From Blastocladiella emersonii ATCC 22665 (taxonomy: Eukaryota; Fungi; Blastocladiomycota), in the NCBI GenBank assembly GCA_025594325.1, contig JANHCV010000009.1, positions 992,001-1,056,000 on the forward strand: a stretch of 64,000 bases of DNA. Reading direction: 5' to 3'. The notes beneath the pieces were generated by a model. That model was not told the origin of the DNA and made no database searches. It saw nothing but the letters and a program-made list of their open reading frames with translations. A program made the position numbers and the translations under genes. Every line of letters starts with the position of its first letter. The first letter of the stretch is position 1. Positions 22,401 to 36,576 of the stretch are shown here, piece by piece.

Positions 22401-25400
22401 CGAAAAGTGCGCCTACGCGTTCCCCACCTTCGAGGCCATCCTCGGCGACATCCAGGCCCACGTCGACAAGCTCAACCTCGACGGGTACTCGAACCTCAAC
22501 GTCTTCGTCGACCACCTCGACAAGCAGCTCGAGCTCGTCCTCGTCAAGCGCCTCACCACCGCCATGAACCAGTGGGCCCGCGCCTTCGAGGCCACCCACG
22601 ACGACGACTACGCCACCGCCGCCGGCGGGTCCGGCGCCGCCGCCGCCGCGCGCCGCAAGCGCCACTCGATGCTGCGCAACGCCAGCAGCAGCGCCGCCGC
22701 CTCGGTCGTCGACGGTGGCGAGGATGCGGCGTCGGTCGTTGACGACGCCGATGCCTCGGCCGAGGCCGGCCTCGGCGGCGCCGACGTCGTCAAGCCCAAG
22801 CTCAACCCGCTCGTGCACGAGGTGACGATCCGCAACCAGATCATGTATATTGACCCGCCGCTGGAGCGGGCGCGCGCGACGTGGTACCACCAGCTGCAGC
22901 AGTGGATGGCGACCGTGTGCAACCAGTCGCGGATCCAGTCGACGCACTACCAGCTGTCGATGCGGCAGGCCGAGAAGGTGACCTACGGGTCGCTCCTCGA
23001 GCGGCTCCCCGAGACGTCGCTCCGCGCCGTGTACTCAATCATCGAGGCCAAGATGGCGCAGGTCGAGGCGTACGTCGAGGTGTGGCTCCAGTACCAGTCG
23101 CTGTGGGACCTCGAGCCGTCCACCGTCTACGAGGCGCTCGGCGACGACCTCGCCAAGTGGCAGGGGATCCTGCTCGAGATCAAGAAGGCCCGCGGCACCT
23201 TTGACGTGTCCGACACGGCCAAGCTGTTTGGGCCCATCGTCATCGACTACGAGCAGGTGCAGTCCAAGGTCAACGCCAAGTACGACCAGTGGCAGCGCGA
23301 GATCCTCACCAAGTACGGCGCCAAGCTCGCGCAGGCGATGCGCGACTTCCATGCGACCATCGCCAAGGCGCGCGGCGACCTCGAGGCCTTCTCGGTCGAC
23401 TCGGCCGCGACCGGCGACACGGTCGCCTTCATCATCTTCCTCCAGGACCTCAAGCGCAAGGTGGTCCCGTGGTCGGGCGATGTGGACGCGTTCCGCAGCG
23501 GGCAGAAGGTGCTCGAGCGCCAGCGGTACTCGTTCCCCGCCGACTGGATCTACATTGAGCAGATCGACGGCGAGTGGTCCGCCTTCAACGAGATCCTGAT
23601 CCGCAAGGACAACTCGATCCAGGAGCAGGTGTCGGGGCTCCAGCTCAAGATCGTCCAGCAGGACAAGGCGGTGCAGGCCAAGTGCGCGTCGCTCATGGAC
23701 GAGTGGGACAAGACCAAGCCCGTCCAGGGCGACATCCCCGCCGAGCACGCCCTCAACACGCTGTCCATCTACGAGGCCAAGCTCACGCGCATCCGCGACG
23801 AGGTGCAGCAGCTCGCCAAGGCCAAGGAGGCGCTCGGGCTCGTCGACTCGGGCCGCGACACGGCGTCGCTCGATGTGGCGCTCGAGGAGATGGCCGACCT
23901 CAAGGCCGTCTGGTCCGCGCTCAGCTCCGTGTGGGCCGAGCTGTCGGAGCTGCGCGAGCTGCCGTGGGCCAATGTCTCGGCGCGCAAGGTGCGCAGCCAG
24001 CTCGACGCGCTCGTTGCGCAGACGCGCGAGATGCCCGCCAAGATGCGCCAGTACGCGGCCTTCGAGTACATGCAGGACACGCTCAAGGGCCTCGTGCGCA
24101 TGAACGGCCTGCTGTCCGAGCTCAAGTCCGAAGCGCTGCGCGACCGCCACTGGAAGGCGCTCCTCAAGCAGCTCAACGTGCACCTGCTGCTCACGGACCT
24201 CACGCTCGGCCACGTCTGGACGCTCGACCTCCGGCGCAACGAGCAGGTGATCCGCACCGTCATCACCACGGCGCAGGGCGAGATGGCGCTCGAGGAGTAC
24301 CTGCGCCAGGTCAAGGAGACATGGACCAACTACTCGCTCGAGCTCGTCAACTACCAGAACAAGTGCCGGCTCGTCAAGGGGTGGGACGACCTGTTCTCGG
24401 TGTGCTCGGAGCACCTCAACTCGCTGCAGGCCATGCGCATGTCGCCGTACTACCGCGTGTTCGAGGAGGAGGCCGGGTCGTGGGAGGACAAGCTCAACCG
24501 CGTCCAGCTCCTCTTCGACGTGTGGATCGACGTGCAGCGCCAGTGGGTGTACCTCGAGGGCGTGTTCACGGGCTCGGCCGACATCAAGCACCTGCTCCCC
24601 GTCGAGACGTCGCGGTTCCAGAACATCAACACCGAGTTCATGGCCGTGATGAAGAAGGTGTACAAGTCGCCCTACGTCCTCGACGTGCTCAACATCCAGA
24701 ACATCCAAAAGTCCATGGAGCGGCTCGCCGACCTGCTCACCAAGATCCAGAAGGCGCTCGGCGAGTACCTCGAGCGCGAGCGGTCCGCGTTCCCGCGCTT
24801 CTACTTTGTGGGTGACGAGGACCTGCTCGAGATCATCGGCAACGCCAAGGACGTGGAGCGCGTCCAGAAGCACCTCAAGAAGATGTTCGCCGGCATCTCG
24901 ACCGTCACCACGGGCAACGACGGCGAGATCACCGCCATCAAGTCCAAGGAGGGCGAGACGGTCCCGTTCCGCACCCCCGTCCCCGTCAAGGACCGCCGCA
25001 TCAACGAGTGGCTCACGGGCGTCGAGCGCGAGATGAAGACGTCGCTCGCCCTCATCCTCGAGGACTGCCACGCCGAGTACGCCGCCATCTTCCACGGCCA
25101 GCAGCAGCAGGCTGCCGGCGCCGACGCGGCTGCCGTCGCGACCACGTCCGCGCAGCTCGCGGCCGCGCTCCTCGCGTGGATGGCCAAGTTCCCGTCGCAG
25201 CTCATCGTGCTCGCGTCGCAGATCGTGTGGACCGAGTCGGTCGAGGCGTGCCTCGCGCAGGACCAGCCCGCGGGCCCGACGCTCGGCCTCGTCGAGACGG
25301 TGCTCCAGGTGCTCGCCGACGCGGTGCTCACGGACCTCGACCTCATGACGCGCAAGAAGTGCGAGCACCTTGTCACGGAGCTCGTGCACCAGCGCGACGT

Positions 25401-28400
25401 GATCCGCACGCTGCTCAAGAACGGAATCGCGCGCGCCACCGACTTCGAGTGGCTCTACTACATGCGCTTCTACCTCGACCCCAAGGCCGCCAACCCGCTG
25501 CAGCGGCTCGAGGTCCGCATGGCCAACGCCAAGTTCTACTACGGCTACGAGTACCTCGGGATCCCCGACCGCCTCGTCCAGACCCCGCTCACGGACCGCT
25601 GCTTCCTCACGCTCACGCAGGCGCTCGAGGCGCGGCTCGGCGGCAGCCCGTTCGGCCCCGCCGGCACGGGCAAGACCGAGTCCGTCAAGGCCCTCGGCGT
25701 CGCCCTCGGCCGGTTCGTGCTCGTGTTCTGCTGCGACGAGAACTTTGACTTCCAGGCCATGGGCCGCATCTTCGTCGGCCTGTGCATGGTCGGCGCGTGG
25801 GGCTGCTTCGACGAGTTCAACCGCCTCGAGGAGCGCATCCTCTCGGCCGTGTCGCAGCAGGTGCAGTCGATCCAGCTCGGCCTGCGCAAGGTCGGCGCCG
25901 CGCTCAAGCAGAACCCCGCCGCCGCCACCGCCTTCGAGATCGAGCTGCTCGGCCGCCAGGTGCCCATCAACGCCGACACGGGCATCTTCATCACCATGAA
26001 CCCGGGCTACGCCGGCCGCTCCAACCTCCCCGACAACCTCAAGAAGCTGTTCCGCAGCGTCGCCATGACCAAGCCCGACCGCGAGCTCATCGCCCAGGTC
26101 ATGCTCTACTCGCAGGGCTTCAAGTCGGCCGAGACGCTCGCGACCAAGGTCGTCCCGCTGTTCAACCTGTGCAGCGAGCAGCTGAGCTCGCAGTCGCACT
26201 ACGACTTTGGTCTGCGCGCGCTCAAGTCGGTCCTCGTTTCCGCCGGCAACCTCAAGCGCATGCGCATCGTCTCGGGCGACGCGGCCGCCGCCGGCGCCGT
26301 CGTTGACTCGGAGCTCAGCAGCCCGATCACCGAGCAGGAGATTCTCATCCAGTCGGTCTGCGAGACGGTCATGCCCAAGCTCGTCATCGACGACCTGCCG
26401 CTGCTCAAGTCGCTGCTCCAGGACGTGTTCCCCGGCATCGAGTACAAGCCCGTTGACCTCGGCAAGCTCGAGGACGCGATCCGCGCCGTGTGCAAGGAGC
26501 GGTACCTCGAGTGTACCGACGCGTGGATGGCCAAGATCCTTCAGCTGTACCAGATCCAGCACATCCACCACGGCCTCATGATGGTCGGGCCCTCGGGTAC
26601 CGGGAAATCGGCCAACTGGAAGGTGCTGCTCGAGGCGCTCGAGCGCGTCGAGAACGTCGAGGGCGTCTCGTACGTCATCGACCCCAAGGCCATCCCCAAG
26701 GACAACCTGTACGGCACGCTCGACGCGACCACGCGCGAGTGGACCGACGGCCTGTTCACGCACATCCTGCGCAAGATCATCGACAACGTGCGCGGCGAGA
26801 GCGGCAAGCGCCACTGGATCATCTTCGACGGCGACGTCGACCCCGAGTGGGTTGAGAACCTCAACTCGGTCCTCGACGACAACAAGCTGCTCACGCTGCC
26901 CAACGGCGAGCGCCTGTCGCTCCCGCCCAACGTGCGCATCCTGTTCGAGGTCGACACGCTCAAGTACGCGACGCTCGCCACGGTCTCGCGATGCGGCATG
27001 GTGTGGTACTCGGAGGAGGTGGTCACGCCCGAGATGATGTGCGCGCACTACCTCAACACGCTCGCCGCCGAGCCGCTCGACATGGGCGAGGAGGCCGCCG
27101 TCGCGCTGCCGCAGGAGGACGTGCTCAACCTGCAGCGGTCCGTGGTGTCGGCGCTCGCGCCGCACATGGAAAAGGACGGGTTCGTGCTCCGCGCCCTCAA
27201 GCACGCCGAGACGGACATTGAGCACATCATGGACTTCACGGCCGGCCGCGTCATCAACACGCTCTTCTCGCTCATCAACAAGGCCATCCGCAACATGATC
27301 GAGTACGACGCGCAGCACACCGACTTCCCGCTCTCGCTCTCCGCCATCGAGGCGTACACGAGCAAGAAGCTGCTCACGGCCGTCGTCTGGTCCTTCTCGG
27401 GCGACGCCAAGCTCGACGCGCGCAAGGACCTGTCCGATTTCGTCCACGGCATCACCACCATCGACCTGCCCTTCTCGGGCGACGGCAACGTCATCGACTA
27501 CGACGTGACGCTCCCCACGGGCGAGTGGATCAACTGGACGTCGCGCGTGCCGCAGATTGAGATCGAGACCCACAACGTGTCGCAGGCCGACGTGGTCGTG
27601 CCGACCGTCGACACGGTCCGCCACGAGCAGGTGCTGTACAGCTGGCTCAGCGAGCACAAGCCCGTCCTCCTCTGCGGGCCGCCCGGGTCCGGCAAGACGA
27701 TGACGCTGTTCTCGGCGCTGCGCAAGCTGCCCGACATGGAGGTCGTCGGGCTCAACTTCTCGTCGGCGACCACGCCCGACCTGGTGCTCAAGACGCTCGA
27801 GCAGTACTGCGAGTACAAGAAGACGCCGAGCGGGCTCGTCATGTGCCCGCAGACGCTCGGCAAGTGGCTCGTCATCTTCTGCGACGAGATCAACCTGCCC
27901 GCGACCGACTCGTACGGCACGCAGAAGGTGCTCTCGTTCCTGCGCCAAATGATCGAGTCCAACGGCTTCTGGCGCACCTCGGACCTGCAGTGGATCAAGC
28001 TCGAGCGCATCCAGTTTGTCGGCGCGTGCAACCCGCCGACGGACCCGGGCCGCGTGCCCATGTCGCACCGGTTCCTGCGCCATGCGCCGCTCGTCATGGT
28101 CGACTACCCGGGCCGCACCTCGCTCATCCAGATCTACTCGACGTTCGCCCGCGCGCTGCTCAAGGTCATCCCGACGCTGCGCGGGTACGCCGACGCGCTC
28201 ACCAACGCCATGGTCGACTTCTACCTCGACTCGCAGCAGCGGTTCACGCCCGACATCCAGGCCCACTACGTGTACTCGCCGCGCGAGCTGACGCGCTGGG
28301 TCCGCGGCATCTACGAGGCCATCTACCCGCTCGATGACCTGTCGGTCGACGGCCTCGTCCGCGTGTGGGCGCACGAGGCGCTCCGCCTGTTCCAGGACCG

Positions 28401-31400
28401 TTTGGTCGCTGAGGACGAGCGCGAGTGGACCGACCAGCAACTCGACGAGGTCGCCTTCACCCACTTCCCGTCGCTCGACCCCGCCGCGCTCCAGCGCCCG
28501 ATCCTCTTCTCCAACTGGCTCACCAAGAACTACCTCCCCGTGCAGCGCGACTCGCTCCGCGACTTTGTCAAGGCGCGCCTCCGCGTCTTCTACGAGGAGG
28601 AGCTCGACGTGCCGCTCGTCCTGTTCAACCACGTCCTCGAGCACGTCCTGCGCATCGACCGCGTCTTCCGCCAGATGCAGGGCCACCTGCTGCTCATCGG
28701 CGTGTCGGGCTCGGGCAAGACGACCCTGAGCCGCTTCGTTGCGTGGATGAACGGCTTCTCCGTGTTCCAGATCAAGGCGCACAACAAGTACACGGGCGAC
28801 GATTTCGACGAGGACCTGCGCCACGTGCTGCGGCGCGCCGGGTGCAAGGGCGAGAAGATCTGCTTCATCATGGACGAGAGCAACGTGCTCGACAGCGGGT
28901 TCCTCGAGCGCATGAACACGCTGCTCGCCAACGCCGAGGTGCCCGGCCTGTTCGAGGGCGACGAGTACGCGGCGCTCATGAACCAGTGCAAGGAGGCGGC
29001 GGCCAAGGAGGGCCTGCTGCTCGACTCGTCCGAGGAGCTGTACAAGTGGTTCACGCGCCAGGTCATGAAGAACCTGCACGTCGTCTTCACCATGAACCCG
29101 CCCGAGAACGGGCTCGCGTCGCGCGCCGCCACGTCGCCCGCGCTCTTCAACCGCTGCGTGCTCGACTGGTTCGGCGACTGGAACGACGAGGCCTTCTACC
29201 AGGTCGGCAAGGAGTTCACGGACGTGCTCGACCTCGACGTGCCCAACTTCAACGCCCCCGACACGATGCCCGTCGCGGTGCGCGACCTCGTGCTCCCGCC
29301 CACGTACCGCGACGCGGTGCTCAACGCCTTCGTCCACGTGCACCAGTCGGTCCACCACACGAACCAGCGCCTCGCCAAGCGCCAGGGCCGGTACAACTAC
29401 TGCACGCCGCGCCACTACCTCGACTTCATCCGCCACTACGTGCGCCTGTTCAACGAGAAGCGCGAGGAGCTCGAGGAGCAGCAGCGCCACCTCAACGTCG
29501 GCCTCGACAAGCTCAACGACACGGTCAAGCAGGTCGAGGAGCTCCGCGGCTCGCTCGCCATCAAAAAGTACGAGCTCGAGCGCAAGGACCAGCTCGCCAA
29601 CGAGAAGCTCAAGCGCATGGTTGCCGAGCAGAACGAGGCCGAGAAGAAGAAGTCGGCGTCGCAGGAGATGTCCAAGATGCTCGAGTCCCAGACGCTCGAC
29701 ATCCAGCAGCGCCGCGAGGTGGTCATGGCCGACCTGGCCGAGGCCGAGCCCGCCGTCCAGGAGGCGCAGCGCAGCGTCCAGGGCATCAAGAAGCAGCAGC
29801 TGACCGAGGTCCGCTCCATGGGCAACCCGCCCGAGGCCGTCAAGATGGCCATGGAGTCGGTGTGCACGCTGCTCGGCCACCAGATCGACTCGTGGAAGAG
29901 TGTCCAGGCCGTGATCCGCCGCGAGGACTTCATCGCGTCGATCATCAACTTCGACACGGACTCGATGATGACGCCCGCCCTGCGCGAGCGCATGAAGCGC
30001 GACTACCTTAGCAAGCCCAACTACCACTTCGAGGTCGTCAACCGCGCGTCCAAGGCGTGCGGCCCGCTCGTGCAGTGGGTGATCGCCCAGGTCAAGTTCT
30101 CCGAGATCCTCGTCAAGGTCGGCCCGCTCCGCAACGAGGTGCAGCACCTCGAGGAGAGCGCCGAGCGCACGCGCATCGAGGCGCAGAAGATGGAGCAGCT
30201 CGTGCGCGACCTCGAGGTCAGCATCGCGCGGTACAAGGAGGAGTACGCCGAGCTCATCTCCGAGACGCAGATGCTCAAGGCCGAGATGGAGCGCGTCAAG
30301 CACAAGGTCGACCGGTCCGTGTCGCTCATCGCGTCGCTCAGCAGCGAGAAGGTGCGCTGGGAGGAGACGTCGCAGACGTTCGAGCTCCAGATGGCCACGC
30401 TCGTCGGCGACGTGCTGCTCAGCGCCGCGTACCTCGCGTACGGCGGCTACTTTGACCAGCAGTACCGCGGCAACCTGTGGTCGAGCTGGCGCGGCCACCT
30501 GCGCCTGTCGGGCATCTCGTTCAAGTCGGACCTCGCGCTCATCGAGACCCTGTGCACGGCCGACCAGCGCCTCAACTGGCACGCCAACGCGCTGCCGACC
30601 GACGACCTGTGCATCGAGAACGCCATCATGATCGAGCGCCACAACCGCTACCCGCTCATCATCGACCCGAGTGGCCAGGCCACGGCCTTCATCGCCAACG
30701 AGTACAAGGACCGCAAGATCATGGTCACGTCGTTCCTCGACGACTCGTTCCTCAAGAACCTCGAGTCGGCGCTGCGCTTCGGCAACCCGATCCTGATCCA
30801 GGACGTGGAGAACCTCGACCCGATCCTCAACCCCGTCCTCAACCGCGAGCTGCGCCGCACCGGCGGCCGTGTCCTGATCCGCCTCGGAAACCAGGATATC
30901 GACTTCTCGCCGTCGTTCACCCTGTTCCTCGCGACGCGCGACCCGAGCGTCAACTTCCCGCCCGACATTTGCTCGCGCGTGACCTTCGTCAACTTCACGG
31001 TCACCAAGTCGTCGCTGCAGACGCAGTGCCTCAACAAGGTGCTGTCGCAGGAGCGGCCCGACGTGGACGAGAAGCGCACCGACCTGCTCAAGCTGCAGGG
31101 CGAGTTCAGCTTCCGCCTGCGCCAGCTCGAAAAGTCGCTGCTCCAGGCGCTCAACGAGTCCAAGGGCAACATCCTCGACGACGACCACGTCATCGCGACG
31201 CTCGAGGTGCTCAAGAAGGAGGCGGCCGAGGTGCAGCAGAAGGTGCTTGAGACCGACGCCGTCATGAAGGAGATCGACACGGTCACGGCCATGTACACGC
31301 CCTTCTCGAGCGCGTGCGCGAGCATCTTCTTCGCCATGGAGCAGCTGTCGCACATTCACCACTTCTACCAGTTCTCGCTCGAGTTCTTCAACGAGGTGTT

Positions 31401-33864
31401 CCAGTTCGTGCTCAAGAGCGCCAAGCTCGCGGCCGTGCGCGACTACAACGCACGCCTCGACGTGCTCATTCTCGAGCTGTTCAAGGAGTCGTTCCGCCGC
31501 GTCAGCCGCGCGCTCGTCCACGACGACCACGTCATGTTCGCCACGATCCTCGCCCAGATCTACCTCAGCCTCGAGGCCCGCCACCTCGTCCTCAGCTCCG
31601 AGTTCGAGTACCTGGTCACGGGCGTCGCCCCGCCGCTCAAGGGCAACTCGGTCGCCGCGCCCGACTTCCAGGCGCGCCTCGAGCAGATCGCCGCGCTCGA
31701 CTCGTTCCGCACGACCGTGTTCCCGCACGTGCAGGCCAACGGCACGCAGTGGGAGGCGTTCCTGCAGTTCCGCTCGCAGGCGATTCCCGAGTGCTGGTCG
31801 CCCAACGGCCACGCGATCGTCGCGCACATCAACCGCACCATCGTCGCCAAGGCGTTCCGCCCCGACCTCGTGCCCGCGTCCATCGAGCAGCTCATCCACG
31901 CCGTGTTTGAGAACGAGTTCCCGCTCAGCTACGAGACCAACCTCGGCAAGATCGTTCAGGAGGAGGTGCACGCGCTCAGCCCCGTCGCCTTCTGCGCGCA
32001 GCCCGGCCTCGACGCGAGTAACCGCGTCGAAAACCTCGCGCAGGACATGGGCGTCGCGCTGCAGTCGGTCGCCATGGGCAGTGCCGAGGGCTACGGCCTC
32101 GCCGACAAGGCCATCAGCAACGCGGTCCAGCGCGGCGGGTGGGTGCTGCTCAAGAACGTGCACCTCGCGCCGCAGTGGCTCAGCCAGCTCGAGAAGCGCC
32201 TGCACTCGCTGCGCCCGCACGCCGCGTTCCGTCTCTTCCTGACCATGGAGACGAACCCGCGCGTCCCCGTCAACCTGCTGCGCCAGTCGCGCATCTTCAT
32301 GTTCGAGGCGCCGCCCGGCATCAAGGCCAACCTGCTCGACTCGCTCAACTCGATCAAGTCGATGCCCGCGCTCACGCGCGGCCCCGCCGAGAAGGCCCGC
32401 CTGTACTTCCTCGTCAGCTGGCTGCACGCGCTGCTCCAGGAGCGCCTGCGGTACGCGCCGCTCGGGTGGTCCAAGGTGTACGAGTTCAACGACGCGGACA
32501 TGGAGTGCGCGCTGTTCACGCTCGACGAGTGGTGCGAGAAGGCGGCGGGCGGCCGCAGCAACCTGTCGCCGGCCAAGATCCCGTGGGCCGCCATCAAGAC
32601 GCTGATCAAGGAGTCCGTGTACGGCGGCAAGATCGACGTCGAGTTCGACCAGTACGTGCTCAACTCGTTTGTCGACCAGCTCATTGTGCCGCAGGCGTAC
32701 GAGCTCGACTTCCCGCTCGTCCACGGCCACCTCGCGATCCCCGAGGGCACCCGCATCGAGCACTTCATCGAGTGGGCGCAGCGCCTGCCCGAGCGCGAGC
32801 CGCCCAAGTGGCTCGGCCTGCCCGAGAACGCCGAGAAGGTGATCCTCGCCCACCACGGCACCAAGCTGCTCGCCCAGATCCAGAAGATGCGCAGCCTCGA
32901 GGACGACTCGGAGGAGGACGTGTCGCCCGTCGCGACGCGCGCCGCCACGCCCGTCACCACGACGGCTTCCGCGGCTGACGGCGGCCTGTCGCACCACGCC
33001 CACCACTCTTCGGCCTCGTCGTCGTCCAAGGCCACGGCGGTCCCCGCGTGGATGAAGGCGCTGCACGCGTCGGTCGACGAGTGGACCAAGCTGCTGCCGG
33101 CGTCGCTCACGGCGTTTGCGCACCCGAACGTCAACGACCCGATGGCGCGCTTCTTCCTGCGCGAGCACGCCATGGCGCGCAAGTTGCTCGCCAAGCTCAA
33201 GCAGGACCTGCACCACCTCAAGCTCGTGTGCGAGGGCCACATGAAGCAGACCAACCACCTGCGGTCGCTCATGTCGGCGCTGACCAAGGGCGTGATCCCC
33301 AAGGAGTGGCGCGCGTACAAGGTGCCGCGGTCGTGGCAGGTGCGCGCGTGGCTCGACGACCTGGTGCGCCGCCTCGAGCAGCTCAACCAGCTCGCGGCGC
33401 TGTCGTCGTATGACGGCGGCGTGCACGTGTGGCTCGGCGGCCTGTTCATGCCCGAGGCCTTCATCACGGCGACGCGCCAAGCGTTTGCGCAGCGCAACGG
33501 GTGGTCGCTCGAGGAGCTCGAGCTCGACCTCGACCTGTCGGGCGCGTCGTCCTCGCCCGCTACGCCCGCGGCCGACCACGGGTTCACGCTCACGGGGCTC
33601 CGCCTCGAGAGCGCCGCCTGGGTCGACGGCGTCATCTCGCTCAGCAGCACCATGCACAGCTCGCTCGGGCCCGCGGTCCTCCGCTGGGTCAAGGCGGGCG
33701 CGGCGTCGGACACCAAGACGCCCATGGCCGCCGGCGCGCGCGAGGCCCCGATCCCCGTGTACCTCAACGAGGACCGGTTCAGCATGCTGTTCAGCGTCCA
33801 GCTCCCGACGCGCGAGTCGGCCCGCGAGCTGCTCCAGAACGGCGCCGCGATGCTCACCATGTAA
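19480..33864 (+). CDS. DYN1: Cytoplasmic dynein 1 heavy chain
   Basis: Protein of more than 4600 aa with four P-loops (GPAGTGKT, GPSGTGKS, GPPGSGKT, GVSGSGKT), CFDEFNR and a stalk coiled coil. Two 5' introns (about 19721-19797 and 20601-20670). Confidence 0.99.
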
Positions 33865-33941
33865 GGCATCCTCTCCTCTCCCCCCTTTTTTTGTTTGCAA
33901 TTTGTCTCTTTATCATCATCTCTCTCTTCTTGTCTCGTCCA

Positions 33942-34871
33942 TCATCGTGTCTCTACTGAGTCGAGAAACGCGCTGATGTCGTCCCACGACTCGGCCACAA
34001 AGATCCGCGGCGCCGCCTCGTCCGCCGCCTCGTCCGCCTCCGCGATCGGCGCAGCGAGCGGGAGCCGCACAAGCGCGATCCCCGCCTCGTCCAGAATCGA
34101 CGTGACAGACCCGCTCAGCTTGAACTCGGGCGCGACGAAGATCGCGACGTCCGCGGCCAGCATGCACGGCAGATCGTTGAGCGAGTCGCCGACGCACACG
34201 ACACGCCCGCGGCCCTCGCCAAGCGGCATCCACTCGAGCATGAGCTTCAGCTTGTCGACCCCGTTGACGACGCTGGCGTCGATCTCGCCCGTCGTCACCC
34301 CGCACTCCACCTCCAGCGTAAGGTTGCTCGAGAACACACTGACCCCGCCCGCCCCCGCCGCCGCCGCGAGCGCGCCGCAGATCATGCCCGCGGACCAGTT
34401 GACGCTGCACACGGTGATCGCATCGCCGCGGTCCTTCCACTTTCGCAGCGCGGCGGCGGCGCCGGGTCGGAGCGGGATCGCCGCGCCGTGCTCGCTAAGA
34501 TCGGCGGGCGTCAGATCAAAGAAAATGCCCGCGCGCGAGATTCGCTCGATCGAGCGGATCTCGGCGGGCTGCACCTGTGCGATCGCGTCGGCGGCGGCGG
34601 CAAGGGCGAGCGCGCGGGGTGTGCCGGGCGGGAACGGGGTCGGGCAGGTGACGGCGAGGCGCGGGTCCGAGTCGTTGATGCTGAGCGCGGGGTCGGGCGA
34701 GAGCGGGCGGCCGGACTTGCACGCGGCGTAGTCGGCGAGGTAGCGGTCGACGAACTGGTTGAAAGGCGGGTGCAGCGACGGGTTCTTGAGGTACGGCAGG
34801 GCCGCGAGGTGCGCGATCGTGTCGTCGATGGTCAGGGTCGAGTCGAAGTCGAGCCAGAAGCGAGTTTTCAT
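33942..34871 (-). CDS. HAD-superfamily phosphatase (Cto1/thiamine-phosphate-phosphatase-like)
   Basis: Motif I LDFDSTLTIDDT, motif II CSVNWS and motif IV VGDSLNDLPCML. Confidence 0.85.
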   Translation of the reverse strand: MKTRFWLDFDSTLTIDDTIAHLAALPYLKNPSLHPPFNQFVDRYLADYAACKSGRPLSPDPALSINDSDPRLAVTCPTPFPPGTPRALALAAAADAIAQVQPAEIRSIERISRAGIFFDLTPADLSEHGAAIPLRPGAAAALRKWKDRGDAITVCSVNWSAGMICGALAAAAGAGGVSVFSSNLTLEVECGVTTGEIDASVVNGVDKLKLMLEWMPLGEGRGRVVCVGDSLNDLPCMLAADVAIFVAPEFKLSGSVTSILDEAGIALVRLPLAAPIAEADEAADEAAPRIFVAESWDDISAFLDSVETR

Positions 34872-35084
34872 GGTGGGGTGAAGGTGCGACGGGAGCGAGG
34901 ACCGTGTGCGAGAGGCGAGCGCGGCTTTCACCTCCCAAACGAATTCATGACTCGAGCATCGGCGAGTGAGAGAGCGGGCGGGAACAACAAGAGAGGCTAA
35001 ATAGAGTGACAATTTTGTAACAGGGTCGAGGGAGAGCGATGAAGACACGATTCGGGCAGATGCGGGAGGGACAGGGCGGGACGC

Positions 35085-35636
35085 TCACGCCTGGACCTCG
35101 GGAGCCTGCACGGCCACGTCGGTGATACGGAGCGACGTGAGGTGCTGGCGGTGGCCGTGGGTGCGCTTGTATCCCTTGCGCCGCTTGGTCTTGACGGTCT
35201 GGCGCTTGGCCGAGAGCCAGTGCTCGACGACGACGGCCTTGACCGAGGCGAGCGAGGTGGCGACAAAGGGCGCGCCGCGGAGCGTGACCTCGGCCGACCC
35301 GATCTCGCGCACCTTGTCGAGGACCAGCTCGGCGCCGAGCGGCACGTCCTTGAGCCGCGGCAGCGTAAGCAGGTCGCCGCGCGTCACATGGTACGGCCGG
35401 CCCTTGACCTCGAGCAGCGCGTAGTACGGGCCGCCCGACTTGGCCAGGTACGTGACGTAGGACGTGGCGGGGACCGCCGAGGCGGAGGCGGCAGCGGCAG
35501 CGGCGGGGGCGGCGGTCTCGGCCTTGCCGGATGCGGCAGCGGCAGTTGGTGTGGCCGCCGTCGCGAGGGTGCGGGCAAACGACGAGGACGCTGCAGACCA
35601 CTGGGGCCGCAGCGCGCTGGCGAAGGTGCGGAGCAT
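35085..35636 (-). CDS. MRPL21: Mitochondrial ribosomal protein bL21m
   Basis: Mitochondrial presequence followed by YALLEVKGRPYHVTRGD...KTKRRKGYKRTHGHRQHLTSLRI. Confidence 0.93.
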   Translation of the reverse strand: MLRTFASALRPQWSAASSSFARTLATAATPTAAAASGKAETAAPAAAAAASASAVPATSYVTYLAKSGGPYYALLEVKGRPYHVTRGDLLTLPRLKDVPLGAELVLDKVREIGSAEVTLRGAPFVATSLASVKAVVVEHWLSAKRQTVKTKRRKGYKRTHGHRQHLTSLRITDVAVQAPEVQA

Positions 35637-36321
35637 GGTGTGATGGGACGGGTGCCCGGTCGGCGCGGCGAGGAGGAGCGGGGCGGGGTCGGAGGCGGCT
35701 CAGAGGTTCACGGCAGGACGATCTGGCCTGCGGGAGCGCGATGCAGCGAGTCAAGCTTCGTAGATGCGTGTGCTTCGTGTCGTTCCCGGGCGAGAATCGG
35801 CGTTGGCGGTGTGAGGCGCAACGAGAACGCTGATCAACTTTTTACGAGCTTCAACGTCACATGATGCACTCGAAACGATCGCCTCTCCTCCTCCACGGCC
35901 GTTTGGCAACGAAACGAATGTAAACATGAACCAAGACTATGTGCAATGTGATCAGAATGCAGATATTTATGAGCCGACTAAGCCTTGTTGAAAGACTTCG
36001 CGGCCGAGCTCGCGCCGGTCCCTCCACGGCGGTTGGAGCTGAGCTTTCTTTCGCATCTGGCTCGCCCTGAATGACGACGCGACGTAGCTCAAAATTATTG
36101 CCATTGCACTCGAGCAGATGCGCGGTAACTTCGAGGTCAACTGCAACGGGCGCAACGCGGTCCCCCGCTCCAACTTTCCGCATCAGAACGGCGAGCTGAC
36201 CATCGCGGCCGCGTCAATCTTTGTGAACGTGACCGAATCGGACGCCTTCTACGCTATCCTCGCTGGTCCATTCACATCGCTCAGGAGCTTTTGCCGCGCA
36301 CGCGCGACCCCCGCAACGCGT

Positions 36322-36417
36322 TCATGATTCGTGAGCTTGTCCTTTGCCGCCACCTCACACTGTCCCGCGTCATGATTCGCGAGCTTGTCCTTCGCTGCCA
36401 CGTCACACTGTCCCGCG
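36322..36417. repeat. 48-bp tandem duplication (2 copies, 4 mismatches)
   Basis: TCATGATTCGTGAGCTTGTCCTTTGCCGCCACCTCACACTGTCCCGCG is followed directly by a near-identical copy. Confidence 0.9.
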
Positions 36418-36576
36418 TCACGACGCTCCGCTGAACCAACGCGCCTCGCGCGACATACTCAGTCTGCTTGCTTGCCTTGATCGCATCTCTGATCCCTCAC
36501 TGATCCCACGTTTCCTTGCAATTAACGTGTAAACCACGACGCGCAGCGCATATATCTCTCATCAACGCGCTGAAGG

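Noticed and set aside
20080-33900. Very long minus-strand ORFs (955 aa and 3621 aa) opposite dynein, and similar ones opposite STT3 and the focadhesin-like gene
   Set aside because: These are antisense shadow frames caused by extreme GC3 bias in the real genes. The translations are low-complexity and carry no motifs.
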